DNA of 47,467 nucleotides. Origin: Nemertoderma westbladi (taxonomy: Eukaryota; Animalia; Xenacoelomorpha). The DNA is taken from positions 1 to 47,467 of the forward strand of contig JAUCBJ010000524.1 of assembly GCA_032718475.1 (NCBI GenBank). Reading direction: 5' to 3'. Under the pieces are notes generated by a model. The model saw nothing but the letters and a program-made list of their open reading frames with translations. It was not told where the DNA came from and made no database searches. Below, piece by piece: positions 22,678 through 35,899 of this stretch. Every line of letters begins with the position of its first letter. Position 1 is the stretch's first letter. Position numbers and translations under genes: made by a program.

Positions 22678-23830
22678 GTACACGAGTACAGCAATAACAC
22701 TAACTTATTTACTATATTGTTTTAAAACATAATTTTGCAATTTCTTAGTATTTTATTACATTTAAAAAGTGAAATGTCGCTCTCTATACAAGTTCTTGGA
22801 TGAAGAAATGTGCCATGTTTAGATGTCAATGCGCTGATTCAAATATATGTAAATTTTTGAAGATTGAAGGCAAGCAAATCAGTTACGGTGTGATAAATTG
22901 ATTATTAAAAAAAATATTTTTAATAATCAATAATTATTGATTATTAAAAAAAATTATTTCATGAATAATTATTGATTATTAAAAAAAATATTGCATGAAT
23001 GATTATTGATTATTAAAAAAAATCGAGTCTGTCTCTCCCACAGCCACAACACCTCCATTTATCTCCCCCACAACACCTCCACATATCTCCCCCACATCAC
23101 CCCCACCTGTCCCCCCCACAGCCACAACACCTCCACCTATCTCCCCGACATCACCTCCTGAAACCCTAGTCTGCTAGTCATCCAGTTTTCCTTACCATTT
23201 GCTATTATCGTGCTTTCCGACCCCGATGACGAATCTTTTGTTGGCTCCCAAGTCGGATCATCACTCTGGCTGTTTGTTTAGATGCGAGTCTTAGATGCGA
23301 TGTTTAGATTGTGAGATCTACCTATCACCTATGTAATGTGAAAAACTAATGTACATCCCTATGTAGGAGGAATGTAGTTTTATATTGTAGGCAAATTCAA
23401 CTGTTCATATGAAGGTGGAAGGGGTACCGCTACCGGTAACCCAGCCCATATATCTGGAATGATCTGCTGGAGAAATTTTTTTCTTATTTAAGAAAAATCA
23501 AAACATAAAATTTTTTAAATAAGAAATAAGTTAAACTCCTAAATAGGAAATCCAAAAAATATTTCCTATATAAGAAATTTTCGGAAAAAGTAACGTTTTT
23601 AAAATGGCTATAGAAAGCGAACGCACAGCCACGGATAGTTTTTTTTCTAGTTTTCACAACAAACGTAGTATAGATTATCCTCCAATAACCAGGAATTCAA
23701 ATATGCCGCTAAAATTTATTTCAAAAGATAATGAAGAAAATGTTCCGAAAAACGGCCAAAACTTCCTATATAGGAAGCAAGATTTCCTATATAGGAATAC
23801 AAAAAAACTTCCTATTTAAGAAACCTACCC

Positions 23831-24770
23831 TAACTGACAGTCTACCATATTTCAGTATTTTAATCCGTAATGTTTTATTACGTCATAACTATTGTTTTTT
23901 TTTATTTTCTTTTTACCTACCGTATGTTTTACGTATTTCGATTTTACAACCTACAGTATTTGATGCTTTATTTTTAAATTACGGTCTACCATACTTTATT
24001 TCCTTGTGCTGTTGTGTATGTGTATCTACTATCTATGTACGTCATAACTATTGCTATATTTATTACCTATGTTTTACATATCTCGATTTTATGACATATT
24101 TGCTGCTTTATTTTTAAATTATTTGTGTGTGTCTGTCTATACGTCGTAACTTTTGATATATTTTTCACCTATGTTTTACATATTTCGATTATTTCGAGTT
24201 TGCTGTTATATTTTTAAATTTCTAACTGAACTACGGTCTACCATAGTTTATTTATTTGTTCTGCTATATTTCTATCTGCACCAGAACTTTATTTTTTATT
24301 TTTTTAAATTGCATACTACTGTATGTCTTCCATATTTTATTCCTTTGTGTCAGTCTGTCAGTCAGTACATCATACTGTCATAACTATTGCTATATCTATA
24401 ACTTAATTTTTCTAGTGTTTTTCCATATTTCGAGTTGCTGTTATATTTTTTTAATTACGTAGGTACTGTACTACGGTCTACCATATTTTATTTAGTTGCA
24501 TGTTAAACAATTATTGCATGCAATTTCTGTTTAATTCAGTTTAATTTAAAGGGACCTCCATATGGAAACGAGGTATAACCTCATGGGGCTATCCCTAACA
24601 TTGTACTGTACGTACAATAATTTAATATTATGTTGGTTGCATTATTTTTAAAACATACAATTTCCATATACCGGTTTTTAATATGCTGTTTATGTTATTG
24701 TCAGATTTTTAGGCCTATGCCTGTATGCAGCTATGTACGATGTTAATAAAAAACTTCAACTTCACTTCGA
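23831..24770 (+). mobile_element. Remainder of the CR1/L2-like LINE 3' UTR
   Basis: Diverged repeats (CATAACTATTG...TTTTAAATT...GGTCTACCATA) continue the unit interrupted at ~17500. It ends in AATAAA followed by an (ACTTCA)n-like tail at ~24745-24770. Confidence 0.55.
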
Positions 24771-26466
24771 CAAGATCTATTACTATAGGCCTACTGCCTA
24801 CTTCAGTACTTAATACTGTAATACTGTAATAGGCCTACTGCTGTACTGTAATAGGCCCTACTTATAAAACATCCAAACATTTGCCATCCAAACAAAATCA
24901 GAAAATACTGAAATAGGATGGCTCTTAACACTTAATGCTGTAATGGTGAATGGCTGAATGGGGCCAGTTCAACGGGCAGACAGAAGCCACCAATTTAAAT
25001 CAGTAAATAGGCCTATTACCAGATTACTGTATTACAGTATTCAGGTATTATCATATTAGCTTAGCAATTAGGCCTATTCATTATGAGCTGATGAGTAACT
25101 CTGAAACTGAGTAGGCCTAACTGCCTAATGCCAGAATGCAGTAATCACAGAATCAGGTAATGAGAGTTTCATACAGACCTGCAGTCATTGATTCATCACT
25201 GGCAGACTGGCTGACTGGTGCTGGATACAGGGATATAGCGATATACCTGATATAGCTGTATAGGCCTACCTGACACCCGACTGTCTGATAGGTACCACAT
25301 ACCAGTACACAAAGTAGCCTAAAGCCAGTCTGGGAAATTAGCCCAATAGGGAAATTTTAAAATTTCCCTATAGGGAAACTTTTATTTCCTTTTTTTGCAT
25401 AATTTTTGCATAATCGCTATGCTGCTATGGCGCATTCACTGAGGACATAGCGCATTAAGTGAGATATACTAGGTCATTCACCTCTACCCTATCTTCAATA
25501 TAGGGTAATTCCATCCAAATTCGACCAATCGCGGTGGCATGGGGTCATCAATTTCGTTTATTTTTGGATATATGGTCGGAAATGGTATAAAATGACACCT
25601 GATGAAATAGGCCTATTTCTGATGAAGGTGTAGGGCCTATTGGTTTTCGAGATATTGCAGTTCAAAGTTTGCGATTTATTCGAACATATCCCCAATGAAA
25701 CCTACAGAAAATCTTTCTGACTAGTGGGTGGAGTGTCATTTTATGTTTATTGTACACATAAATAGGTCTCATACACATTAAAACCATGAATAAATACCAC
25801 CCACTTGTCAGACCAACTTTTCTATGTGGCTAAAGATTGGACTTTTCGACAAATTTTGTCTTTCTGAGGCTTGAGTTAGAGTGGTCTGAATAGTGGGTAG
25901 CCCAAAACATTTAATAAATAGTTAGATATACCAAAGGGGGGTTCTGTGGTACAATTTTAATGTACCACCAGCAAGTCAGACTTCCATACCACCATCTGGA
26001 AAATTGAAACTTTCCAAAATTGCCATACTTCGGAACATCACTGCAAGCGTCTGATAAAAGATGGGTGCTTGAAATGAATCATGAGTAGTAACATGGATAA
26101 GGGAAACATGCATGACAAGTTTCGGATCCCACCCATGCCTTCTTCAGTATATATTATTCAATTTAAAAGTTCAATTTTCAAAATTAATCGTCAGATTAAA
26201 TACTTTAGAACCAAGGTCTGCTTACGAGGTTGCTCTCATAACCAGCACACATTAAGTATTTAAACAGCCCAATGAGTTACATACCTTCTGATACTATTAA
26301 TTATTATATCATAATAGAAATAAAAGCTGTTTGAAGTTCATCTATATAATTCCCTAATCCCGGCCAAGGGCAGCAGGGAATGGAACGTAATACAGTATGT
26401 TCATTATGATGAGGCAAGTCAGTGATAATTAATATAGTTATTATGGTAGAAAAGATAATAGATCAA

Positions 26467-27247
26467 TTATTGAGTATAGCAGTATTGTAGATCATGCAAT
26501 TCCTTTATGAACAGTGATCGCAACAATGATGAGCAACAATAGTTATTCGCCGTTGTGCGGGGACCTTCAGCAGCTTTCAAACATGTGATATGGTACCACG
26601 ATTCGCATTCTTCACATTGCTCCCATAGAATTTTTCTTGTACCAAATGGGTCATTGAAATTGTTGCAAATTCTGCAGCATTCGTTCAATTCAGAGCTAGT
26701 ACCTGAGCTTGTACCGCTGGCGCTATCTGAGTCGGGGTCATAATCTGCTATTGATGTGGCATCTGAGTCAACATCTGACTCCAGTTCCTGTATCTGTTTC
26801 CTTGCCTTCTTTGTGGATTTCTTCGCAACTAGGGATTTTCTTTGCTTGGCCTTTTCTCTAGCCAACAGTTTTTTTGCTTGTCTGAGCTCTTCTTCCTGTC
26901 TTCTTTCTTAAGACATTGCAGTGCCTCTGCTCTGGTTCAGTTAAAACTACACCCACTTGCTTCTGAACACGTTGCCGTTTTCGCTTTGCATTAAACAGAG
27001 CTGCCCTTGTACTGTTGCTCACCTCTGGTCGTATTGCCCGCAAGATGGCAGTGCGCATCGCTGTATGAGGAGATGCAATTAACCGTGTGGTTGCAGATGT
27101 TGATTGTATGGATTGTGATTCTGAGGATGGTGATTGCAGTTGACATGTAATTGGACTTGGTGCATTCAATGGTGATTGCATTGTGCACACTTCTCGAGAT
27201 GGGATGCTTAAACTTAATGCACTTGATTGGGTTATAACTGGAGTGAT
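26467..27247 (-). pseudogene. 3' part of the pogo-type transposase gene: low-complexity linker, basic region and PHD finger
   Basis: KRKRQRVQKQVGVVLTE, an acidic tract, then CRICNN...WEQCEECESWYHITC (PHD-type). It is in frame with 34174-34666 once the 27248-34173 insertion and one TSD copy are removed. Confidence 0.85.
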
Positions 27248-28574
27248 GGGGACGTCTATTTACACCAAAAACACACAAAAACACACAAAAACACACAAAA
27301 ACTCACAAAAACACACAAAAACACACAAAAACACACAAAAACTCACAAAAACACACAAAAACATACAAAAACACACAAAAACAGACAAAAACATACGGCA
27401 CATATATGAAATGCCTGCAAAGGTAATTATCATTGCGGTTTGGGTTGTTGTCTGTTTGTCTGTATGGATGTAATTAATTGTAATCCAAAACGCAATAGTT
27501 ATTGCTGAAATACCTATAGGCATAGTCCAGTAGTCTACACTCTACAGGTACCTTCAGTATAAATTAGATCATTGATGCACTCGATCCTCTGTGGAATTCC
27601 CATTATGAACATCACATATATTTCGCCTGGACGGATGCATCGCGCTTATTCAATCTAAACATTACTATATGATTGTGATCAGGCAGGCAGGTTATGGTTG
27701 ATATCAGTTAATGATGCCTTTGATAAATTGCGCAAAGGTCGATTATTTACTGTAATATAGTAGATAGTATGGTTGCGTTTCCGCCAACATCTCTTTCCAA
27801 GCTTGGTGAGAATAACTCTTCCGGGAAGAAAAATATACTCGATTTATGACTACCATCATCTGATCATATGTTGACGTCACATTAAATTCTACCTGCGAAT
27901 CTGAAACTACAGTATTACAGTATTAGCTCGATTCATTCATACTTTGTCATTATACACCCTGTGTCTGTATTTCATACTATGTATGCTTAACAGAGGCATA
28001 CCGAGGGTGGGGGGGGGGGGGGATTAGAAAATAATTAAATAATTAAAAAAAAAATTAATTATTTTATTGGGCCTATTGATGGAATAAAAAACTTACAAAA
28101 CCATTTTATTATTAAATCACCCAGGGCTTGCCACTTGCAACAACAATGCTATTATTTACAATTACAAGATCGTTTAAGTAGTTTGGATTTATTAAGTATA
28201 CAGTAGAGAAACGGGAAGTTTGATGTGATTTATTGGGACGATGTAATAAACATATTTGCAGAAGAATCATACTGTAGTAGGCCTATAAACAACATTTTTA
28301 AAAAATGTAATAATATTTTAAAATCGGTAATAAAATCGGAATTGTAGTGGAATTGAATGGCCATGATAAAACTAATTTATTTATTACATGGGAAAGCAAG
28401 ACCAGTTATAAACTTCACGGCTTATATGTTCTTAAGTTTTTTTCCCCTATGTAATATAGGCCTACGTAATTTTATTCTTAATTTGGTACTTTATTGTGGC
28501 TTAATTCTTTAATAAAAGATAGAGTGATATATTGTTACAAAATAAATGTTTTGTTTTGTTTTAAAACAAAAACA

Positions 28575-29685
28575 AAGTTTTTGTTTGTTTGTTTTTGTTG
28601 TTTTTGTGTGTCTTTGTTATGTTTTTGTGTGTTTTTGTGTGTCTTTGTTTTGTTTTTGTGTGTTTATGTTTGTTTTTGTGTGTTTTTGTTTGTTTTTGTA
28701 TGTTTTGTTTGTTTTTGTGTGTTTTTGTGTGTTTTTGTTTGTTTTTGTGTGTTTTTGTTTGTTTTTGTGTGTTTTTGTTTGTTTTGTGTGTTTTTGTGTG
28801 AATTGTATGTTTTTGTGTGAATTGTATGTTTTTGTGTGTTTCTGTTTGTTTTTGTGTGTTTTTGTTTCTTTTTGTGTGTTCTGTTTCTTTATGTTTCTTT
28901 TGTTTGTTTTTGTGTGTTTTGTTTGCTTTTGTTTGTTTGTGTGTGTTTTTGTTTATTTGTGTTTGTTTTTGTGTTTTTGTTTGTTTTTGTTTGTTTTGTT
29001 TGCTTTTGTTTGTTTTGTGTGTTTTTGTTTGTTTTGTGTGTTTTTGTGTGAATTGTATGTTTTTGTGTGAATTGTATGTTTTTGTGTGTTTTTGTGTGAA
29101 TTGTATGTTTTTGTGTGAATTGTATGTTTTTGTGTGTTTCTGTTTGTTTTTGTGTGTTTTTGTTTGTTTTTGTGTGTTTTTGTTTCTTTAAGTGTCTTTT
29201 GTTTGTTTTTGTTTGTTTTTGTGTGTTTGTTTGCTTTTGTTTGTTTGTGTGTGTTTTTGTTTGTTTTTGTATATTTGTGTTTGTTTTTGGGTTTTTGTTT
29301 GTTTTGTTTGCTTTTGTTTGTTTTTCTGTGTGTTTTTGTTTATTTGTTTTTGTGTGTTTTTGTTTGTTTTTGTGTGTTTTTGTTTGTTTTGTGTGTTTCT
29401 GTTTGTTTTTGTGTGTTTTGTTTGTTTTTGTTTGATTTTGTGTGTTTATGTTTGTTTTTATGTGTTTTTGTTTGTTTTAGTGTGTTTTTGTTTGTTTTGT
29501 GTGTTTTTGTGTGAATTGTATATTTTTGTGTGTTTTTGTGTGGATTGTATGTTTTTGTGTGTTTCTGTTTGTTTTTGTGTGGATTGTATGTTTTTGTGTG
29601 TTTTGTTTCTTTATGTGTCTTTTGTTTGTTTTTGTGTGTTTTGTTTGCTTTTGTTTGTGTGTGTTTTTGTTTATTTGTGTTTATT
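28575..29685 (+). repeat. Expanded (TGTTTTTGTG)n-derived low-complexity array inside element A
   Basis: Degenerate 10-bp unit, the same as the TIR repeat unit. It accounts for the many spurious F/V/C/L ORFs. Confidence 0.9.
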
Positions 29686-30730
29686 TAATGTGACGTCAAC
29701 ATATGATCAGATGATGGTAGTCATAAATCGAGTATATTTTTCTTCCCGGAAGAGTTATTCTCACCAAGCTTGGAAAGAGATGTTGGCGGAAACGCAACCA
29801 CACTATCTACTGTATTACAGTACTTAATCGCCCTTTGCGCAATTTATCAAAGGCATCGCATTAACTGATATCAACCATAACCTGCCTGCCTGATCACAAT
29901 CATAAAAATAGTAATGTTTAGATTGAATAAGCGCGATGCATCCGTCCAGGCGAAATATATGTGATGTTCATAATGGGGATTCCACGAAGGATCGAGTGCA
30001 TCAATGATCTAATTTATACTGAAGGTACCTGTAGAGTGTAGACTACTGGACGGTCAGCCTAAACACCCAACTACACCCAACTTTCACCCAACTACACCCA
30101 ACTTTCACCCAACTACACCCAACTTTCAGCCAACTACACCCACACAGTTCCACCCCACTACACCCAACTTCCACTTCCACTCTGCATCCAACTTACACAA
30201 AACTATACCTACTGTATGGCACCAAACTTCCACAAATTACAATATGTATAGTAACAAACTCTTCGAGGAATTGCTGAGATATGAGCTTTTAAATGTTTCA
30301 TGTACTGTATGTTGCCCCCACTGCTGAGCAATTATGAAAATAACAAACTAACGTTTTATATTTATTGCAGGTTGGTTCTAGAATAATTGATGAATTTAGC
30401 AATAAATATACAAAGGAGAGACGCAGAGACTATTGACGAACGATCCAAGCTACAGTATAAAACTAAACTGGCGCTGTGGGATTGTGGTGAAAATGAAAAC
30501 GGTATTGATACACAGGAGGGTCACCGTCACAGCCTTAACGACGAAATCGCATTGGAAACTTCTGTTATGGGAATAACAATGCAGATAATTCGTACAAAGT
30601 TAATGGACATAAGTTCTATATTATACAGTATGTTTAATGCAATTATAATAATGTAATTATCCTTTATGTATCATAGAATACAAGAAAAAGAACTGTAACA
30701 TTATTTTCAGCAGCTTTATTTTAATCTTGG

Positions 30731-30978
30731 GCCCATGTAAACACTTTCTGCCGTTATATATTTAACTTTGCAGTTGCCCCCATGTGAAGAATCCCAGGTT
30801 TTCATTAAAATCACAGGTTACAAAAGGGCTGAATCTAACCAAAACAATAAACGAAATTTAGCCGTATCAAAACGAAACGTATCAAAAAGATAAATTAAAA
30901 AAAATAAAAAATCTTCATACATAAAATTCCAATAAAATGTCGACCGAAAAGTGAAATCCTGGTATTATTCACATGGGC
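30731..30978. mobile_element. Small MITE, related to the copy at 38168-38460
   Basis: Ends GCCCATGT...ACATGGGC. The internal sequence is an inverted homolog of 38168-38460. It is absent from the matching position in the opposite TIR of element B. Confidence 0.65.
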
Positions 30979-31440
30979 GAACTTTATGGCCTTTATATTA
31001 ATTAATTTTTAACGAAACAACAGCAATAATTTTAGAACATTTTACATTTTTGATAAACTAAAAGGGGATCTGGTAAGATCTGTACAGGTCAAGGGAATTT
31101 CTGCAAGGAACTTATTATGATCTTCACATACAGGCGATGCCAGGATGGACAAGATCTCTACAGTATGAGAATCGATAAGATCGTTATACATTACAGATCT
31201 TACAGTTAGTAGAAATAATAATTCATCACACTAGGGTAGAGAATTGCAGACGTTGATCAACGTAATCATATAGACGCGGCTTGTGGTCTCTAGTACATAC
31301 TGTACAGTATATGTACAGTAGGATATGACAATATTCAGCTTATTTTATTACAAACAACGAAATGGGAGAAGTGTATTTAATCTTTCAGACATTCCACCCA
31401 TTCGAAAATCCTCATGTGATCAACATTGAGGTTTCCAAAC

Positions 31441-31931
31441 TAATGTGTGCATTGTACTTGACACAATGAACCCGGCGTAGCATTCTTGTGAATGTGCCAT
31501 CCAGAGATTTGGTGTCCTCAGCAGTTAGAGCCCAGCATGGACTCCCGTAGAGGAGTACTGGAACTACTGCTGCTCTAAATAATCGGACCTTGAGTTTCCG
31601 ATTAATTCTCGGTGACTTCCAAATCCTGGAAAGCCTATTCAAGGCTGCCCATGCCTTTCCCTTACGTATTCGAAGGTCCTCACCTGACTTCCGGATCCAT
31701 GATCCCAGGTAACAGAAGTTGTCCACATGCTCAAGCATACCATCCTTTGAGCTTATGCTCATCCGATCAGAGACTTGCTGAGGACTTTCAAAGTTAACGG
31801 TCAGAATTTTGGTCTTTCTGGAGGTAATAAAAAGACCAACACTAGAAGCAGAATGTTCTAATGAGCTGAGGAGCCGTTGGGCTCCCTCTAATGATTCTGA
31901 GAGTACTCCTAAGTCATCAGCAAAGTCTATC
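31441..31931 (-). pseudogene. RTE-clade LINE reverse transcriptase fragment
   Basis: DFADDL...VGLFI...KTKIL...VDNFCYLGS...RIRKGKAWAA...KLKVRLFRAAVVPVLLYGSPCW...LDGTFTRMLR. Confidence 0.85.
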
Positions 31932-34173
31932 TGATCAACATTGAGGTTTCCAAGCTAAATTCTCACATGTGAATGAATAATATGTCACACACTTTAGGTA
32001 TGTTGCTACATAGTCGGATCCCAAGTGGGGTTTCTCATCGGGCTTTAATGTGGATCAGTTGGCGAAAATCTTCAAAAGTTACTTATGAAAGAATTTTTCG
32101 TTACAGACAGACAAGCGGACAGAACGACCGACTGGAGATGAAATTTTGCCCTATTTTTACTAATTGCAATTGTGCGCTAATCTGACTGCGTGACTCGTCC
32201 CACAGAACACCAAACTCTCCAACCAACTACACTCAACTTTGACTCACTTTCACCCAACTACACTCCACTTCCACCCAACTACCCCCAACAACACCCAATT
32301 CTCCACCCAACTATCACCCAACTACAGTACACTCAACATTGTCTCACTTCCACCCAACTACACTACCTTTCACCACTTTCTCGCAGGTCAGGATTTTTGA
32401 AAATAAAAAATTATAAAGCAAATTATAAAATTGTCAAAAACCATACAAATCCTAATCTACGTCGCTTTTTTGGATGTGAAGATGAGTAGGACATACAGTA
32501 CAATATATCTAATGTTTAGTTCTGAGGCATAACAGCGAGAACATGCGAGCCACGTAGTAAAGGCGAGCCTTAACGCACTATGATAATTAGTAAATACTGG
32601 AAAATTTATTTCGAGTTATTATCATATTCGAGTTAGTGAAATATTGAAACGAGGGACCGAAGTGAGATAAAAGTACATTATACACTATAATATGTTGTTT
32701 TATTGTTAAATTTCTTGATTACTTAACGCTCGTCTATGGACGAGCCGCAAATAATCCATCTATCTACTATATTTACGGTTTGTCCAAGGACAAGCGTTAA
32801 GTAATTCAGAAATTTAACAATAAAATATTATAATTATCCTTTGTATCATATTACAAGAAAGATTGTAACATACAGTAGTCTTTATTTTCAACAGTTTTAT
32901 TCTAAACTTCGTGGCCTTTATATTAATTTGATCTTATCTTTCGTTTATTATTTTGGTTCCATGAGAAATTTATTATTCGCCTATATTATACAGAAAGTAC
33001 TTTATTTGCTAACCATTAAGATTGGATCAGGGAGCCAAATGGAGTGTAAACTTGAGACATGTAAAATGTAATGAGAAATGTAAAAAGTTCTAAAATTATT
33101 TCTGTTGTTTCGTTAAAAATTAATTAATACAGTATAAAGGCCATAAAGTTTAAGATAAAGAAGCTGAAAATAATGTTACAGTTTATTTTCTTGTATTCTA
33201 TGATACATAAAGGATAATTACATTATTATAATTGCATTAAACATACTGTATAATATAGAACTTATGTCCATTAACTTTGTACGAATTATCTGCATTGCTA
33301 TTCCCACAGCAGAAGTTTCCAATAATGCGATTTCGTCGTTAAGGCTGTGACGGTGACCCTCCTGTGTATCAATACCGTTTTCATTTTCACCGCAATCCCA
33401 CAGCGCCAGTTTAGTTTGTACTGTAGCTTAGTTTGGAGTTTTGATGCGTGGTATGTGTAGACATCTATAGGTATCTGGATCGTTCGTCAATAGTCTCTGT
33501 GTCTCTCCTTTGTATATTTATTGCTAAATTCATCAATTATTCTAGAATAAACCTGCAATAAGAATAAAATGTTAGTTAGTTATTTTCATAATTGCAGGGC
33601 AGTGATGGCAAAATACAGCACGAGTACATGCAACTTTTAAAAGTTCATATCTCAGCAATTCCTCAAAGAAGTTCAGAGTTTGTTACTGTACATATTGTAA
33701 TTAGTGGAAGATAGGTGCCATACAGTATAGTTTGGTGTAAGTTGGATGCTGTTGTGTTGAAGTTGGGTGTAGTTGGTGAAAGTTGGGTGGTAGTTGGGTG
33801 AAAGTTGGGTGTAGTTGGGTGAAAGTTGGGTGTAGTTGGGTGTAGTTGGGTGAAAGTTGGGTGTAGTTGGGTGATTAGGCTGACCCTACTGGACTATGCC
33901 TATAGGTATTTCAGCAATAACTATTGCGTTTTGGATTACAATTAATTACATCCACACAGACAAACAGGCATACAAACAGACAACAACCCAAACCGCAATG
34001 ATAATTACCTTTGCAGGCATTTCATATATATGCCGTATGTTTTTGTCTGTTTTTGTGTGTTTTTGTATGTTTTTGTGTGTTTTTGTGTGTTTTTGTGAGT
34101 TTTTGTGTGTTTTTGTGTGTTTTTGTGAGTTTTTGTGTGTTTTTGTGTGTTTTTGGTGTAAATAGACGTCCCC

Positions 34174-35516
34174 CTGGAGTGATTGAGTTTATTGGTGAAA
34201 TAGAGTGTGATTGCGTGTCTGGGACTGGGAGTGGTGGAGTACCAGTAACCATGGGTGATGCTTCAGCTGATGATAAGAGAGTTTCACCTGGGAGCAACTT
34301 TGACTTAGGAATTTGGGAGCTATCTAAGGGAAAGAGTCCACACTTACGAAACCCATGTTGTAGCCATTCACCATGGCCTAAAAATGCATCATTATACAAT
34401 TGTGTAAGTAAGGTAGGAAATGATGCCTTGGGTACTGACTTCTGCCTTGACTCTCGGTAAAACCTTGATAAAATATGACCCCAGGCTTTCTTGGCTGGCC
34501 CATATACCCCAACATCCAAGGGCTGAAGTGCGCTAGATGAATGTGGTGGCAAACAAATTATATGAATTCCAGCTTCACGGGCCTTCGCTGCTGTTTGATA
34601 TGTTAGATGAGAACCATGACCATCAAAAAATACAAATATTGGTTTAGGTTTACCCTCCACAGACACAATAAATACCTTCTGAAACCATGATTAAAACACA
34701 TAGTCCTCCATCCACCCCGATCGTCTGATCGTGTTACATTATACACACAACCAGGTGGGCCTCCAATCATCCAGGTTACAGGTACATGAGATGTCTTGGC
34801 TTTGCTGCTATAAATAACATATGGAGGCAGGTATTCTCCAGCAGCATTTCCACAGAACAGAACGGTGAACTGCGTCTTACCTTCTGTCAGTCTGTTGGCA
34901 CTAAATACTGGGCATTTTTAGTCCCACGATGGTAAAATGCCTTTCTTGCTTTGGGATCAAGAGACATACCAGTCTCATCAAGGTTATAGAAACGAGAGGG
35001 TCGGTCCTTGACATCTTTACCATCCAGAAGGGTACTCAACATACTAAAAAATCCATCTAATACATTTTCAGTTAACCCCTTTGCATGAGCTATTGTGACA
35101 TATTCGGTAGATCGGATACTTAGCCGGTGCTTCCATCTTTGTTTAAAAAGACCAAGCCAGTCGTACCCTGGCAGATTATCCTTAAAGCGTGTATGTTCCT
35201 GGGTTTCATCCAGGTAGGATTTAATAATTTGGGCGATGTCTCTGGGCTCCAGTGGCCAACCACTTTCACCCAAAAATTCCATTGCGGATACAAGATATTC
35301 TTCCATTTGTTTTGGAATAACAGTTGGACGGCCAGCACCAAATCGTCTATCTGGATCAGAGTTTTTAATCCACTCCTGCAGCGTACTTTTTGGCACATGG
35401 GTTTCATCAGAGAGATCCCTTAAACTAATAGGTTCATCCTTATATCTCGTAATGGCGTTTATAACATCTTCATGTGAGTAAGGCTTTATAGTCTTTCGCT
35501 GCCTGTTGCGAGGCAT
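34174..35516 (-). pseudogene. pogo/Tigger-type transposase, 5' part (HTH_psq, CENP-B HTH, DDE_1), disrupted
   Basis: MPRNRQRK...VPKSTL...GRPTVIP...PGYDW...FYNLDETG; GWMED; FFDGHGSHL...LPPHSSSALQPLDVGVYGPAK. Small insertions and a stop at 34667-34890. Confidence 0.92.
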
Positions 35517-35899
35517 CTGGAAAATATCGCATTTATAACGGCTAGATCACTGTGGCAGTAGTAGCTAATGGCTAATCTAATGTGTCCTACCCTACATCTT
35601 GGCTATACTACAGTACTGCAACTGCTATAAACTATTAGTGTTATCAGTCAGTAGGTAGTGGTACCATTAGTTGTGTGTAGGATAATCCTAATTAGATACC
35701 GGTACCGGTAGTAGACTAGGCAGCTAGGCTAGGCTGCTAGGTTTGCATATGCTGTTATGCACTTCCTGTTCCCAGTTCGAGGTCTTGTAGTCTTGGCAGA
35801 CACTAGCCTCTCACATAAGTTAACAACCCTGACACAGAGTAGGCCTAACCAGATAATTACTGAGTTATAAATAAACGTGCTGGCTGCACAAAAAAAGCA

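Larger units (their letters stand above)
17518..23830. mobile_element. Non-autonomous long-TIR DNA element (probable TA TSD) enlarged by nested insertions
   Basis: About 350-bp inverted repeats at 17518-17868 and 23478-23830 (GGGTAGGTTTCTTAAATAGGAAG...), with TA on both sides. It interrupts a LINE 3' UTR. Confidence 0.8.
30052..33885. mobile_element. Foldback/Mutator-like non-autonomous element B inserted in the right TIR of element A
   Basis: 9-bp TSD CTACTGGAC at 30043-30051 and 33886-33894. Termini GGTCAGCCTAA / TTAGGCTGACC. TIRs of about 700-800 bp with (CACCCAACTA/CTTT)n repeats. Confidence 0.92.
27248..34173. mobile_element. Foldback/Mutator-like non-autonomous element A (10-bp TSD, ~640-bp TIRs)
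   Basis: TSD CTGGAGTGAT at 27238-27247 and 34174-34183. Termini GGGGACGTCTATTTACACC. Left TIR is 27248-27887; right TIR is 29683-30051 plus 33895-34173. Modular 10-bp AAAACACACA repeats. Confidence 0.93.

Noticed and set aside
17529-23819. Near-identical 69/71-aa ORFs on opposite strands, and duplicated 97-aa ORFs
   Set aside because: They are by-products of TIRs and of the tandem dimer, with no recognisable protein motifs.
25501-26300. TAGGGTAATTCC-starting segment as the 3' TIR of the pogo element or a separate MITE
   Set aside because: It matches the putative pogo 5' end only over the first few bases, and no partner terminus was found.
28494-29827. Many overlapping F/V/C/L-rich ORFs that look like membrane proteins
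   Set aside because: They are translations of a GT-rich 10-bp repeat that lacks stop codons in all frames.
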